A stretch of 64,000 nt of DNA, from the NCBI GenBank assembly GCA_964415395.1, contig CAYPZU010000003.1:5670-69669 (forward strand), in the 5' to 3' direction. The DNA is from an uncultured bacterium. GTDB lineage: Bacteria > Chlamydiota > Chlamydiia > Chlamydiales > SM23-39. Position numbers and translations under genes: made by a program. This document shows, piece by piece, positions 49,886 through 59,232 of the stretch (the first letter of the stretch is position 1; each line of letters begins with the position of its first letter). The notes under the pieces are model-generated. The model saw only the letters and a list, made by a program, of their open reading frames with translations. It was not told where the DNA came from and ran no database searches.

Positions 49886-51490
49886 ATGGCAAATCCAGTA
49901 TTAGCAGCCCAACAAGCGGTTCAAGCATATTCTGCCCACTTACAAACTGAGCAACAATTTCTTCAAAACGACTGCTTCCCAACTCCGCCAGGAAGAGTGA
50001 AGAGCTTTTTGCACGCCATTTCGTGCGGCTGTTATAGATATCAACCTCTTAGAGGCGACCGCCTTCTCCAACGGTTTACTCAAATTAAGCAGCAGCGCAC
50101 CCCGCTTTTAACAGCCGCAAGAACTACTTTGGCCGCAGTGCCTGATGCCAATCCTCAAAAAGGCGCAATCCAGCAAGCCTTTGCAAAAGCGATCGAGCAG
50201 GGAAACCAGATCGACGAACGGCGAATCCGCGTTATGCCGCGTTTTCAAGCAGCAGCTCGGGCTGACATGCGAACCATTGAAGAGGAAAGAGACCTTGAAG
50301 ATGAAAAAATAGAAGAAGCTCGCGCGCGTTTCACCAACCATTTCGACGGAAGAGTCCAGCATGTCACAAACCTCTTAACCCCCTTGGAAGCTGAATTGGC
50401 TGCTTATGAAAGGCTGCACGGCCCCAGAGCTCCAGCTCCCCGCCCTGAAGGCTCTCTTTCCAAACTCCGTAAGAAAGCAACTACAGCGTTTAAAGCAGGC
50501 GCCGTCATCAACACCGCCGCTGAAGTATCGAGCGCCCTCGGATTCAATCCTCCTGCAACCATCCCCACAATCCTCGAAGGCGGCCAGGCTCTCTTTAACA
50601 CAGGACTTTCCGCAGCAGGACTCGCAGCGCAAACAGCCGCAAAAGGCGTTTCCAGCGCAATCGCCCTTCATCAAGGGGAGAATATCGCCTCAACGACCAT
50701 CGACACACTGACAAGCTGGGGAACGATTGCAGGCAAAGCCGTTTTCGACGGCGGAGCCGTTCAGCATGCAGTGACAACCTACGTCGCAACAACCACTGTC
50801 GCTAACGCTGTTGAACGGAGAGGCCTTCGCAGAACAGCGAAAGCCATCCGCGCAGCTGGCGGCGCAGCCGTAGTCATCCCTGCTGTAAAAACCGCAGGCG
50901 TCGCTCTCGGATTAGTCCAGAAAACCGCCACTGTAGCTTCGGAGCCTTCTGCATGGCAGCCTGTTGTAGAAGCCGTGAAGCAGGGTTACAATACCGTCGC
51001 CGCATCTGAAATGGTGCAGAGCGTTGTGAACGCGACCGCTAGCACGGTCGGACCTGTAGCCGAAACTGTGAAAGCCGCTGTTGTCAGCATTGCAACCAAT
51101 CCGGAAAATGCTCTCGGCGCAGCGAAAGCTGTCGTCCAGACCGCAGCCGGCATTTTGTCTCCTTTCGTGCCGCCGGTAGGCGCTGCGATCGGCGCAATTG
51201 CTGAGCAGGCAAACGAGCACCCGACCGCCGCCGCAATTGCGACTGGAGTAGGCCTCGTTGGTTTAAGCGCCGCCGCTTACAAGTATGGCGTCACAGAGCC
51301 GGCTAAGAAAGCCGTCCGCGCCGTTCTGGTGAATAACTCGAAATACACGATCCCTGCAGCCGTTGCCGCGATCGGAGCCGGAGCTGCCTTTGCAGCGCCT
51401 GCAGTGATCGGTACTGGCGCAGCCTTCCTTCTGATGAAGACAGGGTCGCTGATCAGCCAAGCGCAAGACGCTCTCTTCAAGAAAGCTTAA
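49886..51490 (+). CDS. hypothetical Ala/Val/Thr-rich protein with two C-terminal hydrophobic segments
   Basis: 534 aa, preceded by a strongly AT-rich 135-bp spacer. The C-terminus carries AAAIATGVGLVGLSAAAY and IPAAVAAIGAGAAFAAPAVIGTGAAFLLM. I recognised no family. Confidence 0.65.
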   Translation: MANPVLAAQQAVQAYSAHLQTEQQFLQNDCFPTPPGRVKSFLHAISCGCYRYQPLRGDRLLQRFTQIKQQRTPLLTAARTTLAAVPDANPQKGAIQQAFAKAIEQGNQIDERRIRVMPRFQAAARADMRTIEEERDLEDEKIEEARARFTNHFDGRVQHVTNLLTPLEAELAAYERLHGPRAPAPRPEGSLSKLRKKATTAFKAGAVINTAAEVSSALGFNPPATIPTILEGGQALFNTGLSAAGLAAQTAAKGVSSAIALHQGENIASTTIDTLTSWGTIAGKAVFDGGAVQHAVTTYVATTTVANAVERRGLRRTAKAIRAAGGAAVVIPAVKTAGVALGLVQKTATVASEPSAWQPVVEAVKQGYNTVAASEMVQSVVNATASTVGPVAETVKAAVVSIATNPENALGAAKAVVQTAAGILSPFVPPVGAAIGAIAEQANEHPTAAAIATGVGLVGLSAAAYKYGVTEPAKKAVRAVLVNNSKYTIPAAVAAIGAGAAFAAPAVIGTGAAFLLMKTGSLISQAQDALFKKA

Positions 51491-53010
51491 TAGCGCTCGC
51501 TGAATCCTGAGTTTCTGCGGGAACGATGCATGAGCATCTCCCGCAGCACTCCTTCTTCCGCAATCAGCTCCACTTTCTTCTTAGCCCGAGTAACCGCCGT
51601 ATAGAGAGCCTCTCTCCCAAAATTCTCGCTCCCTTTTGGGAAAAGCGCGAGCACCCGCTCAAACTCGCTTCCCTGGCTTTTATGAATCGATAGACAGAAC
51701 CCCGCTTCGAAAGGGGGAAGATTCCGGTATGCCCTAAGCCCTTCGGCCTGGGGAAAATAAGCGGTGCCTTCCCGCAAATGTAAAGCGCCTTTACATCGTC
51801 CGATTAAGACACCGGCGCTGCCGTTATAAAGATCGAGCCGCGGCTCGTTCGCCGTAATCAGGATCGGAACGGCCCACCATTGCCCCGGGCGGATCCGCCT
51901 CGCCATCCTCTGCACGATCTCCTGGTTCATCCGATCGATCCCATAAGGCCCCTGCCTCAAAGCCCCGAGCACCCGAAACCCGTCGATCGCCCTCAAACAC
52001 TTCTCCGGCTCCGGTTCCTCCCAGGAAATCAGGGGATTCAACGCTTCGTACAAACGATCGAAGATCTCTTCATCGAAAAGCCAGGGGAGAAAAGAACCTT
52101 TTTCCACTCCAGCGAGATCGCCTCGGTTGACCGCAGAGGCCAGCTCAGTCAAAGCCCCCTCCTCCATCCGGATCGAACGGTTCAGCCTGACGCCAAAGAG
52201 ATCGGCCATCTCAGCAAAGAGGCTGCCCGCTTCGACAGGGGGAAGCTGCTCAGGGTCTCCCATCAGAACCAGCCGCGTCTCGCTCCCGACTGCCTCCAAA
52301 AGATGGCAGAGGAGAGGGACGTCGATCATCGAAGCTTCATCGACTAAAACCAGGTCGGCGTCAATCTCCCCCCCCGAAAACAGCCGCGTTTCCCCCGCCT
52401 GGAGCCGAAGAAGGCGATGGAGCGTGGCCGCCTCGAATTGCAGCCTCTTGTCCAGCTCCCCGCGGCTCAGCAGCGTTTTCTGCAAATGAGCCGACGCTTT
52501 GCCCGTCGGAGCTGCCAAACATACCTTATAGCGGTCCCCCTGGAACGACTTCATCAGCAGCCGGATCAACATCCCCGCCGTATAGGTTTTTCCCGTGCCC
52601 GGCCCGCCGCAGATCACCGTAAAAGACTTCTGATAAACAGTCCGGATCGCCTCCCTCTGCTCAGGTAGAACGTTGGCTCCGGCGAGAGCCGCCTCGAAAA
52701 CATCCCGGTCGAAACTTCCCGCCGGCTCTCGATCTTTCAGCCTGCGGACCTGCTTCAAAATGTAGGTTTCGCAGACCCAGTTTTTCTGCAAATAGGCTCG
52801 ATCGCCGTGTAGAACAACCGGATCTTTGGGAAACGCCTCTTCGTCATCTACCGGAGTTCCTTCCTTGACGCCTTTTAAACACAGATGTCCTTCCCGCGCG
52901 CTTTTCGACAGCTCTTTCAAAAAAGAGACGCCAAGTCCGGTCTTCGCCGCAATCCGCCGAGCGAAAAACTCATCGAGGGCATTCAGTTCAGTCGAAGCGG
53001 AATTTTCCAT
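51487..53010 (-). CDS. recD: exodeoxyribonuclease V alpha subunit
   Basis: Walker A (GGPGTGKTYTA), LAAPTGKASAHL, the Walker B context (LVLVDEASMID) and the C-terminal SIHKSQGSEFERV are present. Confidence 0.9.
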   Translation of the reverse strand: MENSASTELNALDEFFARRIAAKTGLGVSFLKELSKSAREGHLCLKGVKEGTPVDDEEAFPKDPVVLHGDRAYLQKNWVCETYILKQVRRLKDREPAGSFDRDVFEAALAGANVLPEQREAIRTVYQKSFTVICGGPGTGKTYTAGMLIRLLMKSFQGDRYKVCLAAPTGKASAHLQKTLLSRGELDKRLQFEAATLHRLLRLQAGETRLFSGGEIDADLVLVDEASMIDVPLLCHLLEAVGSETRLVLMGDPEQLPPVEAGSLFAEMADLFGVRLNRSIRMEEGALTELASAVNRGDLAGVEKGSFLPWLFDEEIFDRLYEALNPLISWEEPEPEKCLRAIDGFRVLGALRQGPYGIDRMNQEIVQRMARRIRPGQWWAVPILITANEPRLDLYNGSAGVLIGRCKGALHLREGTAYFPQAEGLRAYRNLPPFEAGFCLSIHKSQGSEFERVLALFPKGSENFGREALYTAVTRAKKKVELIAEEGVLREMLMHRSRRNSGFSERY

Positions 53011-56000
53011 TGCAGTTCCTGATCAGGTTGAAGTCGGGCTGGAAAAAGAGGGCCCGGTTGCCCCTCACAAAAAAATAAAAGACTCCGCCGAAACGGCTTT
53101 CGAACTCCGGTCCCAGATGCCTTCTGAGGGCTTCCCCATAAAGAGCCGCCTGCAAATAGTAGTCGTGATCCCGCATCGCGCGGTCCATCGCTTCCTCGGT
53201 ATATTCTTCAAGCCAGTTCGTTTTCCAGTCGGCCAGATAATAGATGCCCCCGCGCTGGAAAACCAGGTCGATGAATCCCTTTACATAATGGGGCGGCAGG
53301 GCAAACAGGAACTCCATCTCGGCCCTTGCATCCTTCGGCTGAAGTTCCGCAAGAGTGAAAAACTCCCCTTGGCCCTGCAGAGGATAGGAAAGGGTCTGTT
53401 CGACCATCTTCCGGATCGGATCTTCCCACAAGGCAAGCGCCGTATAAGCCGTCTCCTCCGAAACAAGAGTATGAATCGCCTTCCGCTCTCTGAAAACCCG
53501 TTCGAAAATCGTATGGACGACGACGCCCGTGTCCGCGCCCCGGGGCAGCGTCTGCAGGCTGATTTCTTTCGCCAATTCAACCTGGATCCGCTCCCTTTCT
53601 TTTTTCTGTGCAAGAGCGGTAAATGATGAGAGGAATGAAGGAGAGAATCCTGTTGAAGGAGGAGCAAAGGGAGCGAGTCCCTTTTCCATCTTCCGTTTCG
53701 GCGCGGGCATTACATCCAGAACCTTTTCAAAAGTGACGCTCTCCTTTTGAAGCAGCGAAGCGAGACGGACGGATAATTCCCCTTCGCCTTTCACTGTGCG
53801 GCCAAAGAGCTCGATCGGGGACCCTTCTTCTCCTAGCGGAACGTACAGCCTTCTCTTCGCGCGGGTCATCGCAACATACAAAAGCCTAAGCTTCTCCGCC
53901 TCGATCTCTTCGTCTCCATCAGGGGTCTTTCTTCCAAGCCCCAGGCCAAATACGACATCGAACTCAAGCCCCTTGCTCACATGCAGGGTCATGACCTGAA
54001 CCGCATCGGGCTCTGATTCGACCCTCCTGCGGCCCCCTTCCTCCGGATCCAGTTCCTCCAAGTAAACCAGAGCGCGAGTCAGCGCCTCGAACGAAAAACC
54101 TTCCCTTTTTTCCCAAAGGAAAAGCCATTCGAAAATCTGCAAAACGTCTCGGTAAAAGCCCAAATCAAAGGCAGAGATCCTCTCTCTCACCGTTTGCCCT
54201 TCAAGCTCCGTATCAAAAAACTGCCTGGCGAAACCCACAATCCCTTTTTCATCGAGCAGCTGCTTGAACTCCGCAAATCCCAGCTCATCCTCAAGAGATC
54301 CGAAAGGCCCCGCAGCCACGACTTTCCCTTTTCCGAAATCATGAGGGGCATAGATCGCCTCAAAAAGTTCGCGGATCGATTGGAAGGCGAGCGTCTGGCC
54401 CAACGGCGTTTGACTCCTCGCAGCCGCAGGAACTCCATGCGCTTTTAAATATTGAACCGCTTCCTCTGCCTGGGTGCGGTTATTGATCAGCACCGCAATC
54501 CGGCTTAAATTCTCTACTTTCGCCTCAAGAGAGCGGATCTCCTGAAGCACGTAAGGGAGCGGATCTTCTGCAGCAAAAAAATGGAGAGCCCCTTTCCCAT
54601 CCCCGAACTCCGAATCAGCGCTCGATCCAGCCTGGATCGGCAGATAGGGGAGGACTTGCTTGGCCTTGGGCAAAGCCATCCAATCTCCGGAGAAGAATGC
54701 GTTCAGCGCTCCAATCAGGGCCTTGGAAGAGCGGAAATTCGTGTCGAGATAGTAAGTCCGCTCCTCTCCCAACAACTGGCGAGCCTCGAGATAGGTATAA
54801 ACGTCCGCTTTTCGGAACCGGTAGATCGATTGCTTCGGATCGCCCACGAAAAAGAGCGCCTTCAGATCCTCGTGAGCCAGAAAAAGGGCCCGGAAAATGT
54901 CCCATTGCACCGCATCGGTATCCTGAAACTCATCAATCACAACGGCTTTATATTTTTTGCGGATCCTCTGGGCAAACGATTCGATCTGGATCGCTTTGCG
55001 CATTTGAAGCAGCAGTTCGTCGGGATCGAAATAATCCTCTTCGGCGGCGATTCTCTCGCCCACCTGATTCCATGCAGCCTGGATCGTCTGGATGACCTTC
55101 TTCTTATCTTTTGCCAAAAGAGGCGCCAGGGCTGTCGAAGCCCAATCGAAAAATCCGGGATAGCGAAGAGAAACAGGCGCTGTTTTTTTCTTTAGATTCG
55201 ACGGGAGAAGGAATTTGAAAAGCTGCGTGCCGAGCAGCGCTCTGAAATGAACCGGATTTTCAGGATCGGAAAGGCTTCTCGCCAAAGCGCGAACCTGCGG
55301 CGCGAACTCCTCGCTATAACTTTTATAATTGATCCTGAGCTGTGAAAAATCATCTGCTAAAAAAGCCTCTTCGACCGGCTCTTTCCAGCCTTTTAGAGCC
55401 TCTTTGTAGCGCCCAAAGAGCTGGGAGAAGGGGATCCCCTCCGATTTTTCGCTTTTCAACAGTTTTTCCTTCAATTTCTCAAGCGAGCCGATTTCCTGGC
55501 AGAGCCAGGAACACTGCTCGAGCGAGATCAGCTCTTCCGAAATGCCCCACCGGATAAAATCATCGGCCGCTTCTTTCAATCTTTGCGGCGCGCCCCGCTC
55601 CTTGTCAGGATCTGGAAGCGAAAACCCGATTTTCGCCTCGAAAGCGTATTCGCGAAGCATCCTGAAGCAAAAACTGTGAGTGGTGAAAACCTGGCATCGA
55701 TCAAAAACGGCTAGGGCATCGGAGAGTTTCCGGATCGCTGTTTCAGACCCGAGATAAGAGGCTAAATAGGGCCAGGGAGCTTCTCCTTTCTGCAAAAAAT
55801 GAAGCGCCTTTTCAAGATTCGACCGGATCCGCGCCTTTAGCTCTCTTGCAGCTGCGCGGGTAAACGTCACGGCTAAAATGGCTTCAGCCTCTATCGATTC
55901 CAGAACGAGGCGGGCATAGATGTGCTCGATCGAGAAGGTCTTTCCAGTCCCGGCCGAAGCTTCAAGCAGATGCGGGCCGAAGAGGGAACATTCCTTTGAG

Positions 56001-56020
56001 AGGCAGTCAAACCGCTGCAT
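52988..56020 (-). CDS. recB: exodeoxyribonuclease V beta subunit (UvrD-type helicase plus C-terminal PD-(D/E)xK nuclease)
   Basis: LLEASAGTGKTFSI, VVIDEFQDTD and the helicase motif VQVMTLHVSKGLEFDVVF are present. The nuclease motif reads GFIDLVFQRGGIYYLADWKTNWL. Confidence 0.9.
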   Translation of the reverse strand: MQRFDCLSKECSLFGPHLLEASAGTGKTFSIEHIYARLVLESIEAEAILAVTFTRAAARELKARIRSNLEKALHFLQKGEAPWPYLASYLGSETAIRKLSDALAVFDRCQVFTTHSFCFRMLREYAFEAKIGFSLPDPDKERGAPQRLKEAADDFIRWGISEELISLEQCSWLCQEIGSLEKLKEKLLKSEKSEGIPFSQLFGRYKEALKGWKEPVEEAFLADDFSQLRINYKSYSEEFAPQVRALARSLSDPENPVHFRALLGTQLFKFLLPSNLKKKTAPVSLRYPGFFDWASTALAPLLAKDKKKVIQTIQAAWNQVGERIAAEEDYFDPDELLLQMRKAIQIESFAQRIRKKYKAVVIDEFQDTDAVQWDIFRALFLAHEDLKALFFVGDPKQSIYRFRKADVYTYLEARQLLGEERTYYLDTNFRSSKALIGALNAFFSGDWMALPKAKQVLPYLPIQAGSSADSEFGDGKGALHFFAAEDPLPYVLQEIRSLEAKVENLSRIAVLINNRTQAEEAVQYLKAHGVPAAARSQTPLGQTLAFQSIRELFEAIYAPHDFGKGKVVAAGPFGSLEDELGFAEFKQLLDEKGIVGFARQFFDTELEGQTVRERISAFDLGFYRDVLQIFEWLFLWEKREGFSFEALTRALVYLEELDPEEGGRRRVESEPDAVQVMTLHVSKGLEFDVVFGLGLGRKTPDGDEEIEAEKLRLLYVAMTRAKRRLYVPLGEEGSPIELFGRTVKGEGELSVRLASLLQKESVTFEKVLDVMPAPKRKMEKGLAPFAPPSTGFSPSFLSSFTALAQKKERERIQVELAKEISLQTLPRGADTGVVVHTIFERVFRERKAIHTLVSEETAYTALALWEDPIRKMVEQTLSYPLQGQGEFFTLAELQPKDARAEMEFLFALPPHYVKGFIDLVFQRGGIYYLADWKTNWLEEYTEEAMDRAMRDHDYYLQAALYGEALRRHLGPEFESRFGGVFYFFVRGNRALFFQPDFNLIRNCNGKFRFD

Positions 56021-59000
56021 CGGATTCCCCTTTTTTCGCTCTCGTTGGAAAAAGTCCCGAGAGCTCTGAGAATACTTCTTTCAAATAGCCAGACCATTCG
56101 CGATGGATCGCCTGGGGATCTGGCAGCTCGGTTCTCATTCTAACCCACTGAAAAATCGGATCCTCGTCTTCATCGCTTTCTAAAGCGTCCTCCATTTCTT
56201 CCGGGCCTTTTCTGAGCAAACCGTCGGCCCAATTCGGAATTAAAGGCGAAACAACGCTCCGGCAGCGGAAATAGTATTCGAGCAAACGTTTCAGCGAACC
56301 GGACGGATCTTCGATCGTTTTAGTTTTTCCTGTATCGGCTAAAAACAGCTCGGAAGATTCCAAAACGGAAAAAGCCGCCAGAGCCTGCGGCCATAACTTT
56401 AAAACCGGTTTGATTTTATTCTTTCCCAGATGAACGATTCCCTTGGCTGCCGCCTGGCGAACCTCGCCGACAAGAAGCACTTTCAATTTTCCTTCCCACA
56501 CAATCTCGATGGGCGGAGACGCCATCAGATTTTCAGATTCCCATTTCCTCTCTTTGCACCGCTCTTGCAAATGAATTGAAAATGTCTTTTCGACGCCCAA
56601 TTTTTTCAGTTCTTCTCTCCAATTCAGCGCCGTCTCCTCAATTTCTCTTCGCAGCGATAGCCCTAAAAGGCCTTCGGGGAGCTCATCGAAGATTCTCTCA
56701 TTGGGCCGGGAAAAAACGGCTCTCGCCAAGAGCGCTTTTTGCAGATGAAATGCCTCTTCGAGAGAATCGTTTAAATACATCCCATGCCCTTTCCTCAGAT
56801 AGTAGTTCCATGGATGGCGCACGAATGAGGAGAGATCGGATAGCGAAACGATTTGCTCTCCTTCCGGCAATTGGGGCGGCGGGAGGCGGGAAAGATCGGG
56901 CCAGAAAGGGAGTTTGCGCTTCGGGCCGAGCAGCCGTTCGGCGATCCGGTAATCGCTAAAAGAGCGGCTTTGCGCCTCTCCCGGCTCGAAGCATTTCGGA
57001 TCGAACGGACTTGAAGAAGGCGCTTCGATCGGCGGATTTTCAATTTGGTTAAGCCATTCCTGGACGACAATCGAAGGGTTTACAGGCTTTCCTTCATCCG
57101 GAGAGAGATGGCCGTAGCTGATCCGGATCGATTCGGACGCCGCAAACAGCGCCTGGAGAAATAGATACCGGTCCTGATCAGCGGTTTCAGGAACGGGGAT
57201 TTTCTCTCTCCGCAAAAGATCGAGCGAACTGTGCAAAGGCAGGCGGGGAAAACTCTCTTCATCCATGCCGATCAAAAAGAGCGCTTTGGCTGGAATTAAA
57301 GCGCCTTCTTCAAGAGGAGCGAACCGGACAGCATGGAGATGGGAGGCGTGGATCTGTCCCGGAAAAGAGCGGCTCAGAAATCGCTGCAAAACATCGAACG
57401 GGAACTGAATCCCGCTCAGCTTGAGGTCGGCTTTGCGGAGATCCCGGATCACGCGCTGAAATGCCGAATAAAATAACGTATCCGCCTCATCTTCAGCATC
57501 TAAGAACAGATACAGATCAGCCGCTATTTCAAGCCTATCGGCCCAAACGCGCAAAGAAGCCTCGTTCCGGAATTCGGCTAAATTCGCTTTCAAAGATTCG
57601 TATACTGACAGCAGCGAAGCGAACGGATCGTCCTGAATTTTTAGCCGGCGTCCTTCAGGAAACAGGAAAATCCAATCCTCGAGAAAACGATCCAATCCCT
57701 GTTCCCAGGTTCCGCGCTCCAGGCCGTGTTCGGCTCCGACCGTTTCACTCAGCGCCGTGCGCCGGTGCCCTGCGTCTTTCCCCCAATCGATCCCAGCCTC
57801 GCGCACCCAAGTCCGAACCTGCTCCCTCTTTTCGCCATCCCAGCCCAGCTTTCGGTAAAAAGAGGGCGTTTCAAAAAGAGTTAAGACCTCTTCAGCGCCC
57901 CATCTCCCTCCCGCCAGCTTCAGCAGCCTCAAGAGTCCCTGGTAAAACGAGCTCTGCCGGCTAAGATCGTATCCTTGAATCCGGAAGGGGATTTGCGCCT
58001 CGGAAAAAACGAATTCGATGAGAGGAATATACGGTTCGATATCGGGAGCCAAAACAGACATTTCCTGAAAAAGAACGCCCCGGCCCGCTTCCTTCAAAAT
58101 CTGGTCGCGTAAAATCTCCACTTCCCGAAGACGGGAAGAGCCTGTTTGCAGGACGAGGAAACTTTCGTCCTCCGCCCGGAATTTCTCGGCGGGATTCTCA
58201 AAAGATAAAATTCCGTTCTGGATCCGCTTGAGAAGACTTCCGTCATCCGAATCGGCATAGGCTTCTTTTTCGACGCTTTCAAATCCATCGAGAACCCGGT
58301 TTGTCTCGCGGCCAAGCTTTCCCCAACCCGCAAGAAGAGGCGGAGCCTCCTTGAAAAATTCTTCCAGCTTGCGATGGACTTCCGAGGAAATTTTTTTCTT
58401 CTTCAAAAGCGCCTTTTTTTCCCCTTCCGTCGTAAGGTCGCCCCAGTACTCTGCGCAAGGAGAAAAGGAATAGATGGAGAGAGCGGGAGAGCGGAATAAA
58501 AACTCCCAAAACAACGGAGGAAGCGCGTCGATGCCGAAGCAATGGATCGGATCGGAAGGCGCAGGAGCGTCTTTCAGAAGCTGGATTGGAAGACGCCACG
58601 GGCCATCCACGAAGAGCTGCTGAAGGATTTTTTCCTGCCAATCGGGATTGCCGCTCTTTTTAAATAGCATTTCTCCGTAGCGCCCGTAGCGGAAGAAAAG
58701 AGAGGAGAGCTGCTGTGAAAGATCGCTGAGCCTCTTTTTTTTTCCGTCGAGATAGCTGAGCAATTCCGGATCTTTGCATTGCCGCAGCGCGTCATAGACA
58801 AGGCAAAAAAGTTCGAGAGAATTGGGGGAAGAGGGCAAAAGCATTCCAAAGCCTTCCTGCACGGCAAGAATCTCGATCCCCATGAAGATTCCCTTCTTCC
58901 GGGCAATTTCAAGCGAAAGCCACTGCTTCACAGAGGAATTCGGGACGAACACGACCGGGCTTTCCAAGAAGGAGCCCTTTTCCGATTCGAGCTGCTGAAT

Positions 59001-59168
59001 CAGACAATCCGCTAGCGAAGAAAGATTTTGGCTTTTGTAAAGAATCGGGGCGCGCTTCACTGCATTCTCCAGGAGAAGCGAGTATGGCAAAATTCCTTCC
59101 TGGCTGCAATGGGAAAGCCGATTTTTCCTGTTGCAAAGAGCTCGCCGGAGCAGATAACCTTGGTTCAA
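56007..59168 (-). CDS. recC: exodeoxyribonuclease V gamma subunit
   Basis: A roughly 1050-aa ORF directly upstream of and overlapping recB. The N-terminal region (ILYKSQNLSSLADCLIQQL...VVFVPNSSVKQWLSLEIA) aligns by eye with the RecC N-terminus. The start is uncertain (TTG 59168 or GTG 59060). Confidence 0.8.
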   Translation of the reverse strand: MNQGYLLRRALCNRKNRLSHCSQEGILPYSLLLENAVKRAPILYKSQNLSSLADCLIQQLESEKGSFLESPVVFVPNSSVKQWLSLEIARKKGIFMGIEILAVQEGFGMLLPSSPNSLELFCLVYDALRQCKDPELLSYLDGKKKRLSDLSQQLSSLFFRYGRYGEMLFKKSGNPDWQEKILQQLFVDGPWRLPIQLLKDAPAPSDPIHCFGIDALPPLFWEFLFRSPALSIYSFSPCAEYWGDLTTEGEKKALLKKKKISSEVHRKLEEFFKEAPPLLAGWGKLGRETNRVLDGFESVEKEAYADSDDGSLLKRIQNGILSFENPAEKFRAEDESFLVLQTGSSRLREVEILRDQILKEAGRGVLFQEMSVLAPDIEPYIPLIEFVFSEAQIPFRIQGYDLSRQSSFYQGLLRLLKLAGGRWGAEEVLTLFETPSFYRKLGWDGEKREQVRTWVREAGIDWGKDAGHRRTALSETVGAEHGLERGTWEQGLDRFLEDWIFLFPEGRRLKIQDDPFASLLSVYESLKANLAEFRNEASLRVWADRLEIAADLYLFLDAEDEADTLFYSAFQRVIRDLRKADLKLSGIQFPFDVLQRFLSRSFPGQIHASHLHAVRFAPLEEGALIPAKALFLIGMDEESFPRLPLHSSLDLLRREKIPVPETADQDRYLFLQALFAASESIRISYGHLSPDEGKPVNPSIVVQEWLNQIENPPIEAPSSSPFDPKCFEPGEAQSRSFSDYRIAERLLGPKRKLPFWPDLSRLPPPQLPEGEQIVSLSDLSSFVRHPWNYYLRKGHGMYLNDSLEEAFHLQKALLARAVFSRPNERIFDELPEGLLGLSLRREIEETALNWREELKKLGVEKTFSIHLQERCKERKWESENLMASPPIEIVWEGKLKVLLVGEVRQAAAKGIVHLGKNKIKPVLKLWPQALAAFSVLESSELFLADTGKTKTIEDPSGSLKRLLEYYFRCRSVVSPLIPNWADGLLRKGPEEMEDALESDEDEDPIFQWVRMRTELPDPQAIHREWSGYLKEVFSELSGLFPTRAKKGESDAAV

Positions 59169-59232
59169 GCTAGACAGGAATTTGCTGGCAGCTTAGAGAG
59201 TCGATCTTAAATGAGCCTCTAGAAAGGATTGC

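Noticed and set aside
51487-59168. The three-gene nuclease-helicase block could be an AddAB-type or defence-associated system rather than RecBCD.
   Set aside because: The gene order, sizes and motifs fit canonical recC-recB-recD. The RecB N-terminus has ASAGTGKTF and its C-terminus has GFIDLVF...DWKTN. RecD has two Walker-type motifs and SIHKSQGSEF.
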